64,000 bases of DNA from Candidatus Latescibacterota bacterium (lineage in GTDB: Bacteria; Latescibacterota; UBA2968; UBA8231): NCBI GenBank assembly GCA_965248265.1, contig CBDFJF010000001.1, positions 1,632,001 to 1,696,000 of the forward strand, given 5' to 3'. A model generated the notes under the pieces. That model was given only the letters and a program-made list of their open reading frames with translations, did no database searches and had not been told where the DNA came from. The translations under genes and the position numbers were made by a program. Positions within the stretch are counted from its first letter, which is position 1, and each line of letters begins with the position of its first letter. This document shows positions 1 to 10,151 of this stretch, in pieces.

Positions 1-2
1 AC

Positions 3-473
3 AGACTGCGAGGCAATGACGTCGCGAGGGGTTGGTTGTTGAGCCGAGGATACCTGACTCCATTCAGCACGCCAGTGTTGCTTGGAGGCTCTATCGCACG
101 GAGATGTCGTGGTCAGCTCCGGCAACTCCGGGAGATGCTCGTTGATATAGAGACGCGAAGCCGGTCGTCCGATACCAAACTGATAGTCCTGCTGATACCC
201 GTTCGCGAACAGGTCTATACATCGGACTGGGAGTTGGCCCTCAACTACAACGGTTTGCCTGAAGACACGTTTGTTGACGCGGAATCGCCTGGCCACGCGG
301 TCGCAGAGGTCCTGGAGGGTACCGGCGTAGCCCTGGTTGACGCGCTGGACGTTTTGCGTTCCCACGACACTGACACTCGTTTGTACTTCGCATGGGATCC
401 GCATTTGACCCCTGCGGGACACGAGGTGATAGCTCGGGAACTGGCTCTTCGTTTCGTGCAGCTGGACGGGTAA
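3..473 (+). CDS. SGNH/AlgX-like hydrolase, 5'-partial
   Basis: Frame is open from the window edge. C-terminal LYFAWDPHLTPAGH (D-x-H) and LLIPVREQV are typical of AlgX/AlgJ-type SGNH proteins. Confidence 0.7.
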   Translation, partial: RLRGNDVARGWLLSRGYLTPFSTPVLLGGSIARRCRGQLRQLREMLVDIETRSRSSDTKLIVLLIPVREQVYTSDWELALNYNGLPEDTFVDAESPGHAVAEVLEGTGVALVDALDVLRSHDTDTRLYFAWDPHLTPAGHEVIARELALRFVQLDG

Positions 474-487
474 CGCGAGCCTGGCGA

Positions 488-988
488 CTACGGCCGCTTC
501 GTGCCGGCTCGCATCGCCCCTATGTCCTGAGTGGTAGTCTGCTGGTACATCGTCCCGCCCACTGTGATGTTGGTGCCAAAGTCGACAATATTCACCCCGT
601 CGAAGATGTCCACCGGCAGATCTTGTTGGCCCTCGAGGGTATAGTGTTGGCCTCCTTCGCGGAAGAGGTCCAACGTTCCATCTTCGTAGATGTAGCGGCC
701 AAAGGAATGGAACAGGTATTGACCATCAGGAGGGATGAGTCTGGGATTGCTGGCCTCGAGCACAACCGTGCAGTAGGAGTACCCACCGTCGGAGAATTCA
801 ACCTGGTCACCGGTAAAATGCCACCACGTGAGCGTGGAGTAGTCCTCGTAGACGCCATCCACACGGGTCATTTTGTTTTCGACCGAGTAGAAAACACGGC
901 CGTCTAGCGCGGTCCCTTCGTTCGGTTGCGTGGGCGAGTCGCCGCAGGCGACCAGTGAAACGACCAGGAAAAGCAGAAGAGCAGCCAT
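488..988 (-). CDS. hypothetical lipoprotein
   Basis: Hydrophobic signal ending in lipobox LVAC-G; GGAGG RBS upstream. Confidence 0.75.
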   Translation of the reverse strand: MAALLLFLVVSLVACGDSPTQPNEGTALDGRVFYSVENKMTRVDGVYEDYSTLTWWHFTGDQVEFSDGGYSYCTVVLEASNPRLIPPDGQYLFHSFGRYIYEDGTLDLFREGGQHYTLEGQQDLPVDIFDGVNIVDFGTNITVGGTMYQQTTTQDIGAMRAGTKRP

Positions 989-1276
989 GCGATACCTCCA
1001 TGTAGAGGTTCAAAAGCAAACCCTTGCCCAACCAAACCCCGTGGGAAATCCGTTCCCCTTAATGGAAATTGGTTCCACTGCTGAAGGCGGTCTGCGCTCT
1101 TGCGTTTCCGCCTCAGGCGACCCCTGTCTAAGGAGCCCCTGCATCGCCATGGTCGCAAAACGCGGGCCACAAGGACTCAGAGGACATATCCGACCTTGCG
1201 TTACCTGGCTCCAAGCCCGTTTATCAGTCACTATTCATAGGCGCCCGCAGGGCGCACCGGTCCGAAAAAGGAGACC

Positions 1277-2620
1277 ATGATGAAGGATTCAAGAACCCGT
1301 AGTGTCGATCGATCGATCGAGCTCACCAAACGAGCTGAAGCCATCATCCCCGGGGTTTCGCAACTGATCAGCCGACGCCCGCGCCGGGCGGCGAGCGGTG
1401 TGAGTCCGGCCTTCGCGGAGCGCGCCAAGGGATGCAGGATCTGGGATGTCGACGGCAACGAGTACGTCGATTGGACCAGCGGCGTGGGACCGATCATTCT
1501 CGGGTACGCGGACGATGTCGTCGACGAGGCGGTAAAGGAGCAGATCTCGAAAGGGTCGCTTTACAGCATCCTGCACGAGTCGGAGATCGAGCTGGCCGAA
1601 GAGCTGATCAAGATCGTGCCCTCAGCTGAGATGGTCCGCTTCGCCAAAGGTGGAGGTGAAGCCTGTACGGTAGCGGTGCGGATCGCCCGTGGTGTAACGC
1701 GAAGAGACAGGGTTCTGTTCAGCGGTTACCACGGATGGCACGATTGGTACCTGGCTGCGAATCTGAGCCCGAGCAGTCTCGACAACCACCTCTTTCCGGG
1801 TATCGAGCCGATTGGAGTGCCCAGGGCCCTGGAAGGCACTTCGATTCCGTTCGAGTACGACAACCTGAACATGCTGGAGGATCTCCTCAAGGCGAATGAC
1901 GGCGAAGTCGCCTGCATCATCATGGAACCGATGCGCTCGGAAATCCCTTCTGAAGGATATCTGCAGGGGGTTCGCGACCTCGCCACCAGACACGGAGTGG
2001 TTTTGATTTTCGATGAAGTTTCCTCCGGATTCCGCATCGCGCTGGGTGGCGTTCAGGAGTATACGGGTGTCACCCCCGACATGTCCGTGTTTGCCAAGGC
2101 CATCTCGAATGGTTATCCGATGGCGGCCGTCGTCGGCAGCCGCGAATTCATGGCCCCCGCAGAGCAGATGTTTATCTCCAGCGCCTACTGGGATGATGTC
2201 GTCGGTGTTGCGGCAGCGTTGGCGACCTTGAAGGAGCTGCAGCGGCGTGACGCAGTTGCGCATATTGCGCGAATCGGCGAGCAGTTCACTGCGCGTATCA
2301 ACGCAGCAGCAGCAGAGGCCGGACTCGACGCCGAAGCCTACGGGATAGCGGCTCACCCGGGAATCCGCTTCAACCTCGAGGATTCTGCGAAACAGAAACT
2401 GGTCCAGACCTTGTTTGTCCAGGAGAACGCCAAGCAGGGCGTCATTCTCTCGGCCGGCTCGTTCTTCAACTGCTCGCACGATGACGAGGCGCTGGAGCTG
2501 ACTGGAAACGCCGTACGAGAGAGCTTCTCAGTGATTCGTCAGGGACTGGAATCAGATGGACTGGAGGATTTGCTGGAGTCCCCTATCCAGCAGGATCTGT
2601 TCCGGCGAATGGTTCGGTGA
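1277..2620 (+). CDS. class III PLP aminotransferase (glutamate-1-semialdehyde aminomutase-like)
   Basis: Motifs WDVDGNEYVD, GYHGWHD, LIFDEVSSGFR and FAKAISNGYP (PLP Lys); AGGAG RBS. Confidence 0.9.
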   Translation: MMKDSRTRSVDRSIELTKRAEAIIPGVSQLISRRPRRAASGVSPAFAERAKGCRIWDVDGNEYVDWTSGVGPIILGYADDVVDEAVKEQISKGSLYSILHESEIELAEELIKIVPSAEMVRFAKGGGEACTVAVRIARGVTRRDRVLFSGYHGWHDWYLAANLSPSSLDNHLFPGIEPIGVPRALEGTSIPFEYDNLNMLEDLLKANDGEVACIIMEPMRSEIPSEGYLQGVRDLATRHGVVLIFDEVSSGFRIALGGVQEYTGVTPDMSVFAKAISNGYPMAAVVGSREFMAPAEQMFISSAYWDDVVGVAAALATLKELQRRDAVAHIARIGEQFTARINAAAAEAGLDAEAYGIAAHPGIRFNLEDSAKQKLVQTLFVQENAKQGVILSAGSFFNCSHDDEALELTGNAVRESFSVIRQGLESDGLEDLLESPIQQDLFRRMVR

Positions 2621-4359
2621 AGGATGGGCTCTCCGGGGCCCCGTCCACTTGGCGGACCGAGGTAACCGGAACAAAGCATGTGATCGCCGCCGGCCACCAC
2701 ATGGCGGCACAGGCCGGCTTCGAGATCCTGGAAGCCGGCGGTAACGCCATCGACGCTGGCGTCGCCGCGGGAATCACCCTCGGAGTGCTGGAGAGCGAGA
2801 TGGTCAACGTGGCCGGCGTCGCGCCGATCATGATCTATCTGGCCGACTCCAGAAAAGTCATCACCATCAGCGGCCTGGGCACCTGGCCTCAGGCCGCAAC
2901 GCTGGAGATGTTCGTCGAAACGTATGGCGGCCACATCCCCCCCGGTCTCCTGCGCACGGTAGTACCCGCGGCCCCCGACGCCTGGATCACTGCCCTCGAG
3001 CAATACGGCACCATGGGATTCGGCGACGTGGCCGCTTCGGCGATCCGCTTCGCTGCCGACGGCTTTCCGATGTACCCGTTCATGGCGGAGCGCATCACGG
3101 AGAGGGCTGACGATTTTCGCCGCTGGCCTTCCAATGCCGACATCTACCTGCCTGGCGGTAACCCCCCGAATGTCGGCGACCTCTTCCGACAAACCGACCT
3201 GGCGCGCTCGTTGCAGTACATGGCCGATGAAGAGCAAGCCGCCGCGGGTCAGGGACGCGCAGCCGGACTCCAGGCCGCGCGCCATGCCTTCTATCGCGGT
3301 GACCTGGCCGCAACCATCGTTGACTTCCACCACCAGCATGACGGCCTTCTAACGATGGAAGACATGGCCGGCTTCCGCGTCGGCATCGAAGCACCCGTCC
3401 ACACTCGCTTTGCCGGCGTCGACGTCTATGCCTGCGGTCCGTGGTGCCAGGGACCGGCGCTGCTGCAGATGCTCAGCATCCTCGAGGGGATCGACCTGAG
3501 TGAACTCGGCCACAACTCCCCTGCTTACCTGCACACGATGATCGAAGCCATGAAGCTGTCCCTGGCCGATCGCGAGCGCTTCTATGGCGATCCACGGTTT
3601 GTCGAGGTGCCCATGGACGCGCTGCTGGACCCCGATTACGCCGCGCAGCGACGTGCGCTGATCCGCCCGGGCTCAGCATCACCAGCATTGCCCGCAGCCG
3701 GCAACCCGAGCGGCTCCGAGTCTACCGGCGCCGCAATCGCCAACTCGAATGAGGCCGGCCCGCCGGATACCTCGCTGGACACATCCTACGTCTGCGTCGT
3801 GGACGGAGACGGCAACGCCTTCTCGGCAACTCCAAGCGACGTCTCCTATGACGCGCCGGTGATACCGGGAACCGGCCTTTGCCCGTCGTCGCGAGGCTCC
3901 CAGTCCTGGGCCGTACCCAGACATGCCTCGTGCGTGGTACCCGGCAAGCGACCCCGGCTGACGCCGTGCCCCGGAATGGCCATCAAGCCGGGCGAGTTCG
4001 TCATGCCGCTGGGCACCCCCGGTGGTGACGTGCAGACCCAGGCTATGCTCCAGACGCTCCTCAACGTCATCGTCTTCGGCATGAACCCGCAGCAAGCGGT
4101 CGAGCATCCGCGGGTCGCCACCCGCAGTGCCCCCAACTCCTTTGAACCGCATGACTCTGTGCCGGGACGGATCAACCTGGAACGCCGGTTGCCTGATTCC
4201 ACCGGCGATCAGCTGGCGCAGTGGGGCCACGGCGTCGACTGGTGGCCGGAGGCTAGCTGGCGGTCGGGTTCCGTCTGCATGATCAAGGCTGACCAGAAGA
4301 CCGGAGTGAAACGCGGCGCCAGCGATTTCCGCCGCCAGGCGTATGCCCTGGGCTCGTAG
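2617..4359 (+). CDS. gamma-glutamyltransferase family protein (Ntn hydrolase, no signal peptide)
   Basis: GGNAIDA, autoprocessing site LD-TSYVCVVD, PGKRP, GTPGGDVQ. Start overlaps the upstream stop (GTGA). Confidence 0.9.
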   Translation: MKDGLSGAPSTWRTEVTGTKHVIAAGHHMAAQAGFEILEAGGNAIDAGVAAGITLGVLESEMVNVAGVAPIMIYLADSRKVITISGLGTWPQAATLEMFVETYGGHIPPGLLRTVVPAAPDAWITALEQYGTMGFGDVAASAIRFAADGFPMYPFMAERITERADDFRRWPSNADIYLPGGNPPNVGDLFRQTDLARSLQYMADEEQAAAGQGRAAGLQAARHAFYRGDLAATIVDFHHQHDGLLTMEDMAGFRVGIEAPVHTRFAGVDVYACGPWCQGPALLQMLSILEGIDLSELGHNSPAYLHTMIEAMKLSLADRERFYGDPRFVEVPMDALLDPDYAAQRRALIRPGSASPALPAAGNPSGSESTGAAIANSNEAGPPDTSLDTSYVCVVDGDGNAFSATPSDVSYDAPVIPGTGLCPSSRGSQSWAVPRHASCVVPGKRPRLTPCPGMAIKPGEFVMPLGTPGGDVQTQAMLQTLLNVIVFGMNPQQAVEHPRVATRSAPNSFEPHDSVPGRINLERRLPDSTGDQLAQWGHGVDWWPEASWRSGSVCMIKADQKTGVKRGASDFRRQAYALGS

Positions 4360-4373
4360 GTAATCAGCTGTAA

Positions 4374-4402
4374 TAGACAAAGCCGCCCCTACCCTATATC
4401 CT
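4374..4402 (+). promoter_or_regulatory. possible sigma70 promoter for the MetE-like gene
   Basis: TAGACA-17 nt-TATCCT, about 45 bp before ATG 4449. Confidence 0.3.
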
Positions 4403-4448
4403 CTTGCGGCTACCCGCGGGACTCGAAATAGAATGGAGTGATAGAGCG

Positions 4449-5468
4449 ATGAGTCATCTGTTCCCTACTGAATTGATAGGTAGTTACGCCCTGCCCAGCT
4501 GGTTGTGGATGGCGATCGAGCGCGCCGAGGAGCGTGGCGATCTGGGCGAATCGGATATCGAAGAGACCCTCAACGACGCCGTCAACATGGCCCTGCTCGA
4601 CCAGGAAAAGGCCGGCGTCGACGTGTTCACCGATGGCGAAATGCGTCGCCGTGACTTCATCCAGAATTTCTACGGCCTGATGAGTGGCCTCAACAAGATT
4701 TCGCCCAAGCGGGCTTTCGGCTCGGCCGGCTACGACCAGAACCCACGCTACGAAGTGACCGGCGGCGTCACAGCCCCCGATGGCCTGGGTATTGTCGAAG
4801 AGCTCGAGTACATGCGCACGCTGACCGACAAGCCCTGCAAGATCTGCGTGCCAGGCCCCATCACGCTGTCGCTGCCGCTGATCCTCAAAGGCGGCTACCA
4901 GGACAAAGAGGCGCTAATCAACGACATGGTTAGCATCGTCAACGCCGAGATGAAGGCATTGGTCGCGGCGGGCGCCACCTACCTGCAGGTGGACGAACCG
5001 CGCTACGCCACCACCCACGAGGACGCCAGGAAGCTGATTACTATCTATAACGAGACCCGCGCCGGCGTGGATGCCAGCGTCGGTTTGCATTTCTGTTTCG
5101 GGAACTTCAAGGGCAGGTCGCACGACAAGCGCGACTATTCCTACATCACACCCAACCTCGGCGACGCCGAGTGTGACCAGTTCAACTTCGAATTCGCCAA
5201 CCGGGAAAATGCTCAGATCGAGCTACTGGAGCAGCTGCCGCCGGACTGCCGCGTGGGAGTCGGCGTTGTTGATGTGAAGTCGTACTTCGTGGAAACACCG
5301 GAGCAGGTAGCTGCCAGCATCAGACTGGCCGTCGAGCACGTGGCCGCCGAGCGCATCGTCGTCACCCCAGACTGCGGTTTCAACCACTGCCCCCGCCATG
5401 TCGCCTTCGCCAAGATGCAGTCGATGGTGGCCGGTGCGGCCATCGTTCGAGCCGAACTGGCGGGGTAG
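4449..5468 (+). CDS. cobalamin-independent methionine synthase family, catalytic-domain-only (core MetE-like)
   Basis: IGSY, TDGEMRR, LQVDEP; Zn ligands HFC, FEF, PDCG. About 340 aa; ATG 4449 has a GGAG RBS. Confidence 0.85.
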   Translation: MSHLFPTELIGSYALPSWLWMAIERAEERGDLGESDIEETLNDAVNMALLDQEKAGVDVFTDGEMRRRDFIQNFYGLMSGLNKISPKRAFGSAGYDQNPRYEVTGGVTAPDGLGIVEELEYMRTLTDKPCKICVPGPITLSLPLILKGGYQDKEALINDMVSIVNAEMKALVAAGATYLQVDEPRYATTHEDARKLITIYNETRAGVDASVGLHFCFGNFKGRSHDKRDYSYITPNLGDAECDQFNFEFANRENAQIELLEQLPPDCRVGVGVVDVKSYFVETPEQVAASIRLAVEHVAAERIVVTPDCGFNHCPRHVAFAKMQSMVAGAAIVRAELAG

Positions 5469-5489
5469 CTTCTACCTTAACCCACTCAC

Positions 5490-7319
5490 TCACACGCACA
5501 CTGGCTTATAGCTCAGCTTGACGGTGCCGTCGCCGTCGATGCTGGCGACCGTGTGCTTGCGAAAGTCTTCCTGCGTCTCCTTGAAGTCGTCGCGATTGTG
5601 CCCGCCGCGTGACTCCTTCCGCTCGATGGCACCCTGCATTATGACCCTTGCAACCCGAAGCATGTTGCGCAGCTCTCTGGCAGCACGGTAATCGTCGGCC
5701 TTCTCCAACCGGACGCGGCCAAATCTTGCCCACAGGTCCTCCATGGCGCTTAACCCCTGGGCCAGGACGTCATGAGTTCTGAAGACGCCGACGTTCTTCT
5801 CCATCAGATCCCGTAGATCCTCGCGTACCTTGGCGATTACCTCGTCACCCGCGTCGCTCATCATTTCGTCCAGCTCATCCCGCGTCGCCGTTGACACTTC
5901 ATCAGGCAGAGGCAGATAGTCGCGGTCCGCGATATCCCGCGTAACCATCGTCGCCGCCCGCCGACCGAAAACAAAAATCTCAAGGAGTGAGTTCGTTCCC
6001 AGTCGGTTGGCGCCATGCACGGAGGCGTTGGCCGCTTCGCCGGCCGCGTACAGCCCGCCAACCGTCTTCGGCTGGTAGTCCGGACTCCGCTGCTGCTCAT
6101 CGATGACGACACGGGTATCCAGATCGATCGGGATACCTCCCATCGTGTAGTGGGCCGTCGGCCTGATCGGGATCAGATCGTGTTGAGCGTCCAGACCCAA
6201 CTGCGTCTTGATCGACTCACAGGCGCCGGGTGTCCGCTCGTTGAGGTCCGGAATATGGCGCATGTCCAGATGCACGTATTTCGCCTCGGTCTCGCCGTTG
6301 AGAGCCACACCCCTGCCTTCAATGATCTCCAGATAAATCCCGCGTGAGACAATGTCCCTGGGAGCCAGCTCCAGACGCTCGTCGTACTTGTCCATGAAGC
6401 GTTCGCCGTTGGAGTTTAGCAGGTAGGCCCCTTCCGCCCTGGTCTTTTCCGATACCAGAAAACCCGGCCGAGGATCGCGAAACGGATGCGGGTCACGAAA
6501 GCCAGCCACCGTTTCCAACTCAATCTTGTCCAGCTCCCCCATCTTCACTGGAATCCCGGTCGGATGGAACTGAATGAACTCCATGTCCTGTACCGCGATG
6601 CCGGCATCCAACGCTAACGCGTAGCCATCTCCAGTGTTGTCCTCGGTGTTAGAGGTGTACGCGAATACCTGACCACAACCTCCCGTGGCCATGATCACGG
6701 CCCTGGTCTGAAAGATGTGGACGGTGTTGTCCTCCGTGTTGATGGCGACGATGCCAGCCACCTGGTCTCCCACGCGGATCAGTTGGGTGACAAAGTATCT
6801 CTCATAGAACTCGATGGGCGTCTTTCCTTCTTTCTCCCGTGACGCCTTGAGCTCTTGTAGTTTTCTCAGAATCGCCTCATGCAGGGACTCGCCCGTCTTG
6901 TCACCGACCGAGTGCCCGCGCGCCGCCGAGTGACCGCCGAATATCTTCAACCGAATCGATATCTTGTCCTCCTCTTTGTCGAAGTCCATGTCGTACTTGA
7001 TCATCAGCTCGCGCATGTCGTCGAGGACCTCAGGTGCATCCTTCACCAGGATGTCGGCAGCATCGGCGTCGACGAGGTAGTTGCCGCCCTGGATCGTGTC
7101 CTTGAGATGCAGCTCGAATGAATCAGGGCCGCCGCGCTGGGCTGCAATGCCTCCCTGGGCCTCGCGGGTGTGCGCCAACTTGAAAGGGACTTTGGAAAAA
7201 ATGGCTACCGGTATGTCCGCTTCTGCGAGCCCTCTCCCGGCCCGCAGACCCGCTCCCCCTGCCCCGATGATGGCGACGGGGATCTGATGGATGACTGGTG
7301 GTTGACGTAAACTCTCCAT
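5490..7319 (-). CDS. succinate dehydrogenase/fumarate reductase flavoprotein-like subunit (orphan)
   Basis: GAGGAG, AHTREAQGG (flavinylated His), QFHPTG, LAPRD, AHYTMGG, HGANRLG, ESRGGH. Confidence 0.85.
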   Translation of the reverse strand: MESLRQPPVIHQIPVAIIGAGGAGLRAGRGLAEADIPVAIFSKVPFKLAHTREAQGGIAAQRGGPDSFELHLKDTIQGGNYLVDADAADILVKDAPEVLDDMRELMIKYDMDFDKEEDKISIRLKIFGGHSAARGHSVGDKTGESLHEAILRKLQELKASREKEGKTPIEFYERYFVTQLIRVGDQVAGIVAINTEDNTVHIFQTRAVIMATGGCGQVFAYTSNTEDNTGDGYALALDAGIAVQDMEFIQFHPTGIPVKMGELDKIELETVAGFRDPHPFRDPRPGFLVSEKTRAEGAYLLNSNGERFMDKYDERLELAPRDIVSRGIYLEIIEGRGVALNGETEAKYVHLDMRHIPDLNERTPGACESIKTQLGLDAQHDLIPIRPTAHYTMGGIPIDLDTRVVIDEQQRSPDYQPKTVGGLYAAGEAANASVHGANRLGTNSLLEIFVFGRRAATMVTRDIADRDYLPLPDEVSTATRDELDEMMSDAGDEVIAKVREDLRDLMEKNVGVFRTHDVLAQGLSAMEDLWARFGRVRLEKADDYRAARELRNMLRVARVIMQGAIERKESRGGHNRDDFKETQEDFRKHTVASIDGDGTVKLSYKPVCV

Positions 7320-7644
7320 GGGGTGTTGATTCCTTGCAGTATGGTCGCGATTCTGAAGCGGTTCAGTGTATTCGATCAGTGAACTGGATTAGAAATTAGG
7401 CTTCGCGAATCGGTTTCGCCAAAATCCTCATCGGCTTACTGTATCCAACAGCAACCATTCCCCTCAACGTGGGACGACATGATCGAGGGGATCGATCTGG
7501 CCTATTCCACCTTCAACACCCGTGCTGAGTCGAGTTCATCGTGCGCGAACCGACGGAAACCTCACGGGGCGACCAGGTCTACCACTACAGCAGATCGATT
7601 CGGTGGGAGTCGGTAAACGAGATCCTCAAGCTCTGACTGGTGTC

Positions 7645-9300
7645 TTAAAAGTCGAACTCCACCTCGACCACGCGATTCTCGCGAGCCGCGGTTTCGCACC
7701 CCTCGATGCATTGAATCGGTCCCTTGGCCCATTCTGGAGTGATGATCAGGGGCACGCCCGTCTGCAGGTGGTCGACCATGTTCTTGTAATAGCCGTTGGG
7801 CCTGGTTACCGGAACGATGTCAGCGTCGAGCCGGTGACCCTGCTCGTCCACGATGGAAACGCGACCTTCACCGCCGAAGTCGTCGATGACAATCGCGCCG
7901 TGGGTGCCGAGGACCGTCCACAGCGGCTCCGGCGCCGCACCCAGGCTACCGACCTTTACCTGGGCCTCGACCCCACCGTCAAAGCGGGCGTAAGCCCGCA
8001 CATAGTCCTCGTTGGTAGTGTCGTGCCAGAGTTTCTTGACGGAGTGCCCGTAGAGGCTGGCCCGGCGATTGATCGGCTCACCCCTGGAATTTTCCTTCGG
8101 CACCAGCTGCAACACTTTCTCGAATTGATGGGCGCCCATGTCATACATGGTGCCACCGGAAATCTCTTTGTGCGAGCGCCACCACTGGGGTTGTCGGGCA
8201 TAGCGCATCATCGCACACTCCATCGAATAGACTTCACCTATGCGGCCACTTTCGATGATATGCAGCAGAGTAAGCACGTCTGAGTCCCAGTGGCGGTTGT
8301 GGTAGACCGACAGCATCACTCCTCGTTCCCTGGCCAATGCGATCACCTCGTCACAGTCGGCCACGTGAACGGCGAATGGCTTTTCGGTAACAACATGAAT
8401 CCCCGCTTCAAGCAGCGTGCGGATCCCCATTGCATGATAGGCGTGAGGCAGGACCACGATGCCAAGATCGATGGTGCCGCTGGCAGCCATCTCGCTGGCG
8501 TCCGTGAAAGTGGCCAGGTGCTCTCCCTGCTCCTCCTTGGCCGCCTCAAGTCGAGCGGAATCCCGGTCGCATATGGCCGCCAACTCCAACCCCTGGGTAT
8601 CGGCGATTCGCTCCGAGTGGTGTGTTCCCATGCCAAAAGCCGGACCGTAGCCCAGCAGGCCGACGCGGATGGTCTCTTCCCTCTCCTGTCTCATGACGTA
8701 GCGCAGGCCCTTGAAGATCAGATCCTGGAAATCGGGGTGGTTGAAGGCGCGCTCGTCGTGTCCGAGAGCAGTGTAGAGGACGCGGCCCTGGCCGTAGTCG
8801 CGCACGTAGCCCATGTGGTGGCGCTCGAACTGCCACAAGCCCTCCTGGAACACCCGCAGCTCGGCCTGGGTGCGGCGCTCGCACACATAAAACTCGTCCA
8901 TTATATCAAAGCTGGAAGTCAATCTTGGTAGGTAGGAAGCTGCGTCTGGCGAAGTCTCCACCGTGAAGTCGCTGACCGGACCATGGGTGATGAACACGGT
9001 GCCGACCATCTCGGTGTAATCGCCGTATTTATCCAGCTTGGCATTGGCGCAATGGATGGCCACGAGTCCCCCTCCTCCGCGCACGTAGCCGACCAACCCT
9101 TGCTCCTGATCCGCCGTCAACTCGCCTCCAAAGGTGTACAGGATAACGGCGTCGTAGGATGACGGATCGGCCAGTGCCGACCGGTCTTGCGTTATCTCCA
9201 GTGCGAATTGCCCTCCAACTTCCAGTGCCGTCTTCAGAATCGAGGCACAGGACTCGAAGGGGTGAGCCGTTCCACCGATAATCATCAGAACAGGATGCAT
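7645..9300 (-). CDS. ThuA-like domain fused to Gfo/Idh/MocA oxidoreductase
   Basis: N-terminal ThuA motifs GGGLVAIH, DEFY, YTALGH. C-terminal GYGPAFG, EKP, YHNRHWD, DMGAH. Confidence 0.88.
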   Translation of the reverse strand: MHPVLMIIGGTAHPFESCASILKTALEVGGQFALEITQDRSALADPSSYDAVILYTFGGELTADQEQGLVGYVRGGGGLVAIHCANAKLDKYGDYTEMVGTVFITHGPVSDFTVETSPDAASYLPRLTSSFDIMDEFYVCERRTQAELRVFQEGLWQFERHHMGYVRDYGQGRVLYTALGHDERAFNHPDFQDLIFKGLRYVMRQEREETIRVGLLGYGPAFGMGTHHSERIADTQGLELAAICDRDSARLEAAKEEQGEHLATFTDASEMAASGTIDLGIVVLPHAYHAMGIRTLLEAGIHVVTEKPFAVHVADCDEVIALARERGVMLSVYHNRHWDSDVLTLLHIIESGRIGEVYSMECAMMRYARQPQWWRSHKEISGGTMYDMGAHQFEKVLQLVPKENSRGEPINRRASLYGHSVKKLWHDTTNEDYVRAYARFDGGVEAQVKVGSLGAAPEPLWTVLGTHGAIVIDDFGGEGRVSIVDEQGHRLDADIVPVTRPNGYYKNMVDHLQTGVPLIITPEWAKGPIQCIEGCETAARENRVVEVEFDF

Positions 9301-9315
9301 TTCACTTGCCTCTCT

Positions 9316-9339
9316 CGCTTGACTCTACGCTTGACTCTA
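9316..9339. repeat. 12-bp tandem duplication CGCTTGACTCTA x2
   Basis: Read directly, just upstream of the ThuA-Gfo start. Confidence 0.85.
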
Positions 9340-9490
9340 GTTGTACCGTTGTCGTGTCAGGGCACGCCATACACTATCCACTATTTGCTTCCTTTGTCCA
9401 GGACGGGAATCCGGGACTGGATTCAGGCCGACCGAAGACAGTATGTTCGGAAACCTCTTGCTCACCAGATCCCGCAACCGGAAAACGAAC

Positions 9491-10132
9491 ATGGCGACAA
9501 GGCTCATCATCGTCCGTCACGGCGAGACGGCATGGAACCGGGGCAACATCTATCGGGGCACGCACGACATTCCCCTCAACGACAATGGCCGCCAGCAAGC
9601 ACAGCTCACCGCCAAGGCACTCAAGGGGCACGCCATCGATATCGCCTACACCAGTCCGCTATCCAGGGCGTCGGAAACTGCGCAGATTGCGCTTGAACCT
9701 CACGGTATCAAGGCTATCTATCATGATGGCTTGCTCGATTTCGACTACGGCGAGTGGACGGGAAAACAGGAAGAGGAAGTAAAGCAGACCTGGCCGGCCG
9801 AACACAGAGAATGGACAACCCGGCCGCACGAAGCCCGCCCGCCGGGAGGAACAACGCTGCGCGAAGTATCGGAGCGCTGCGTTGCGATGATGGTCGAGGC
9901 CGCCGCCCAACACGATGCCAGCACCGTAGCTCTGTTCTCGCACAGGGTAGTAAACAAGCTGCTCGTGCTCGGAGCACTCGGCCTGGCACTGGATCGGTTC
10001 CCCTATATCGTTCAGGGAAATTGCTCGTTCAACGAATTCCTGGTACAGGATGGGGAATTTATCATCGAGTCTATCAACAACACTGCCCACATGACCGGGG
10101 GCGGCGTTGACGTACTGACAGCAGATTTTTGA
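9491..10132 (+). CDS. histidine phosphatase (phosphoglycerate mutase/CobC family)
   Basis: RHGET, SPLSRA, DFDYGEW, SH motif. Start taken at MATRL. Confidence 0.9.
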   Translation: MATRLIIVRHGETAWNRGNIYRGTHDIPLNDNGRQQAQLTAKALKGHAIDIAYTSPLSRASETAQIALEPHGIKAIYHDGLLDFDYGEWTGKQEEEVKQTWPAEHREWTTRPHEARPPGGTTLREVSERCVAMMVEAAAQHDASTVALFSHRVVNKLLVLGALGLALDRFPYIVQGNCSFNEFLVQDGEFIIESINNTAHMTGGGVDVLTADF

Positions 10133-10151
10133 GGGGAACGCGAAAATTCAA

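Noticed and set aside
1277-2620. Assigning hemL
   Set aside because: The YHGWHD variant, missing HemL-specific motifs and a non-tetrapyrrole context support only a family-level call.
4360-4448. SAM or cobalamin riboswitch before the MetE-like gene (also checked upstream of the BHMT fusion)
   Set aside because: No recognisable consensus elements, and the leader is short.
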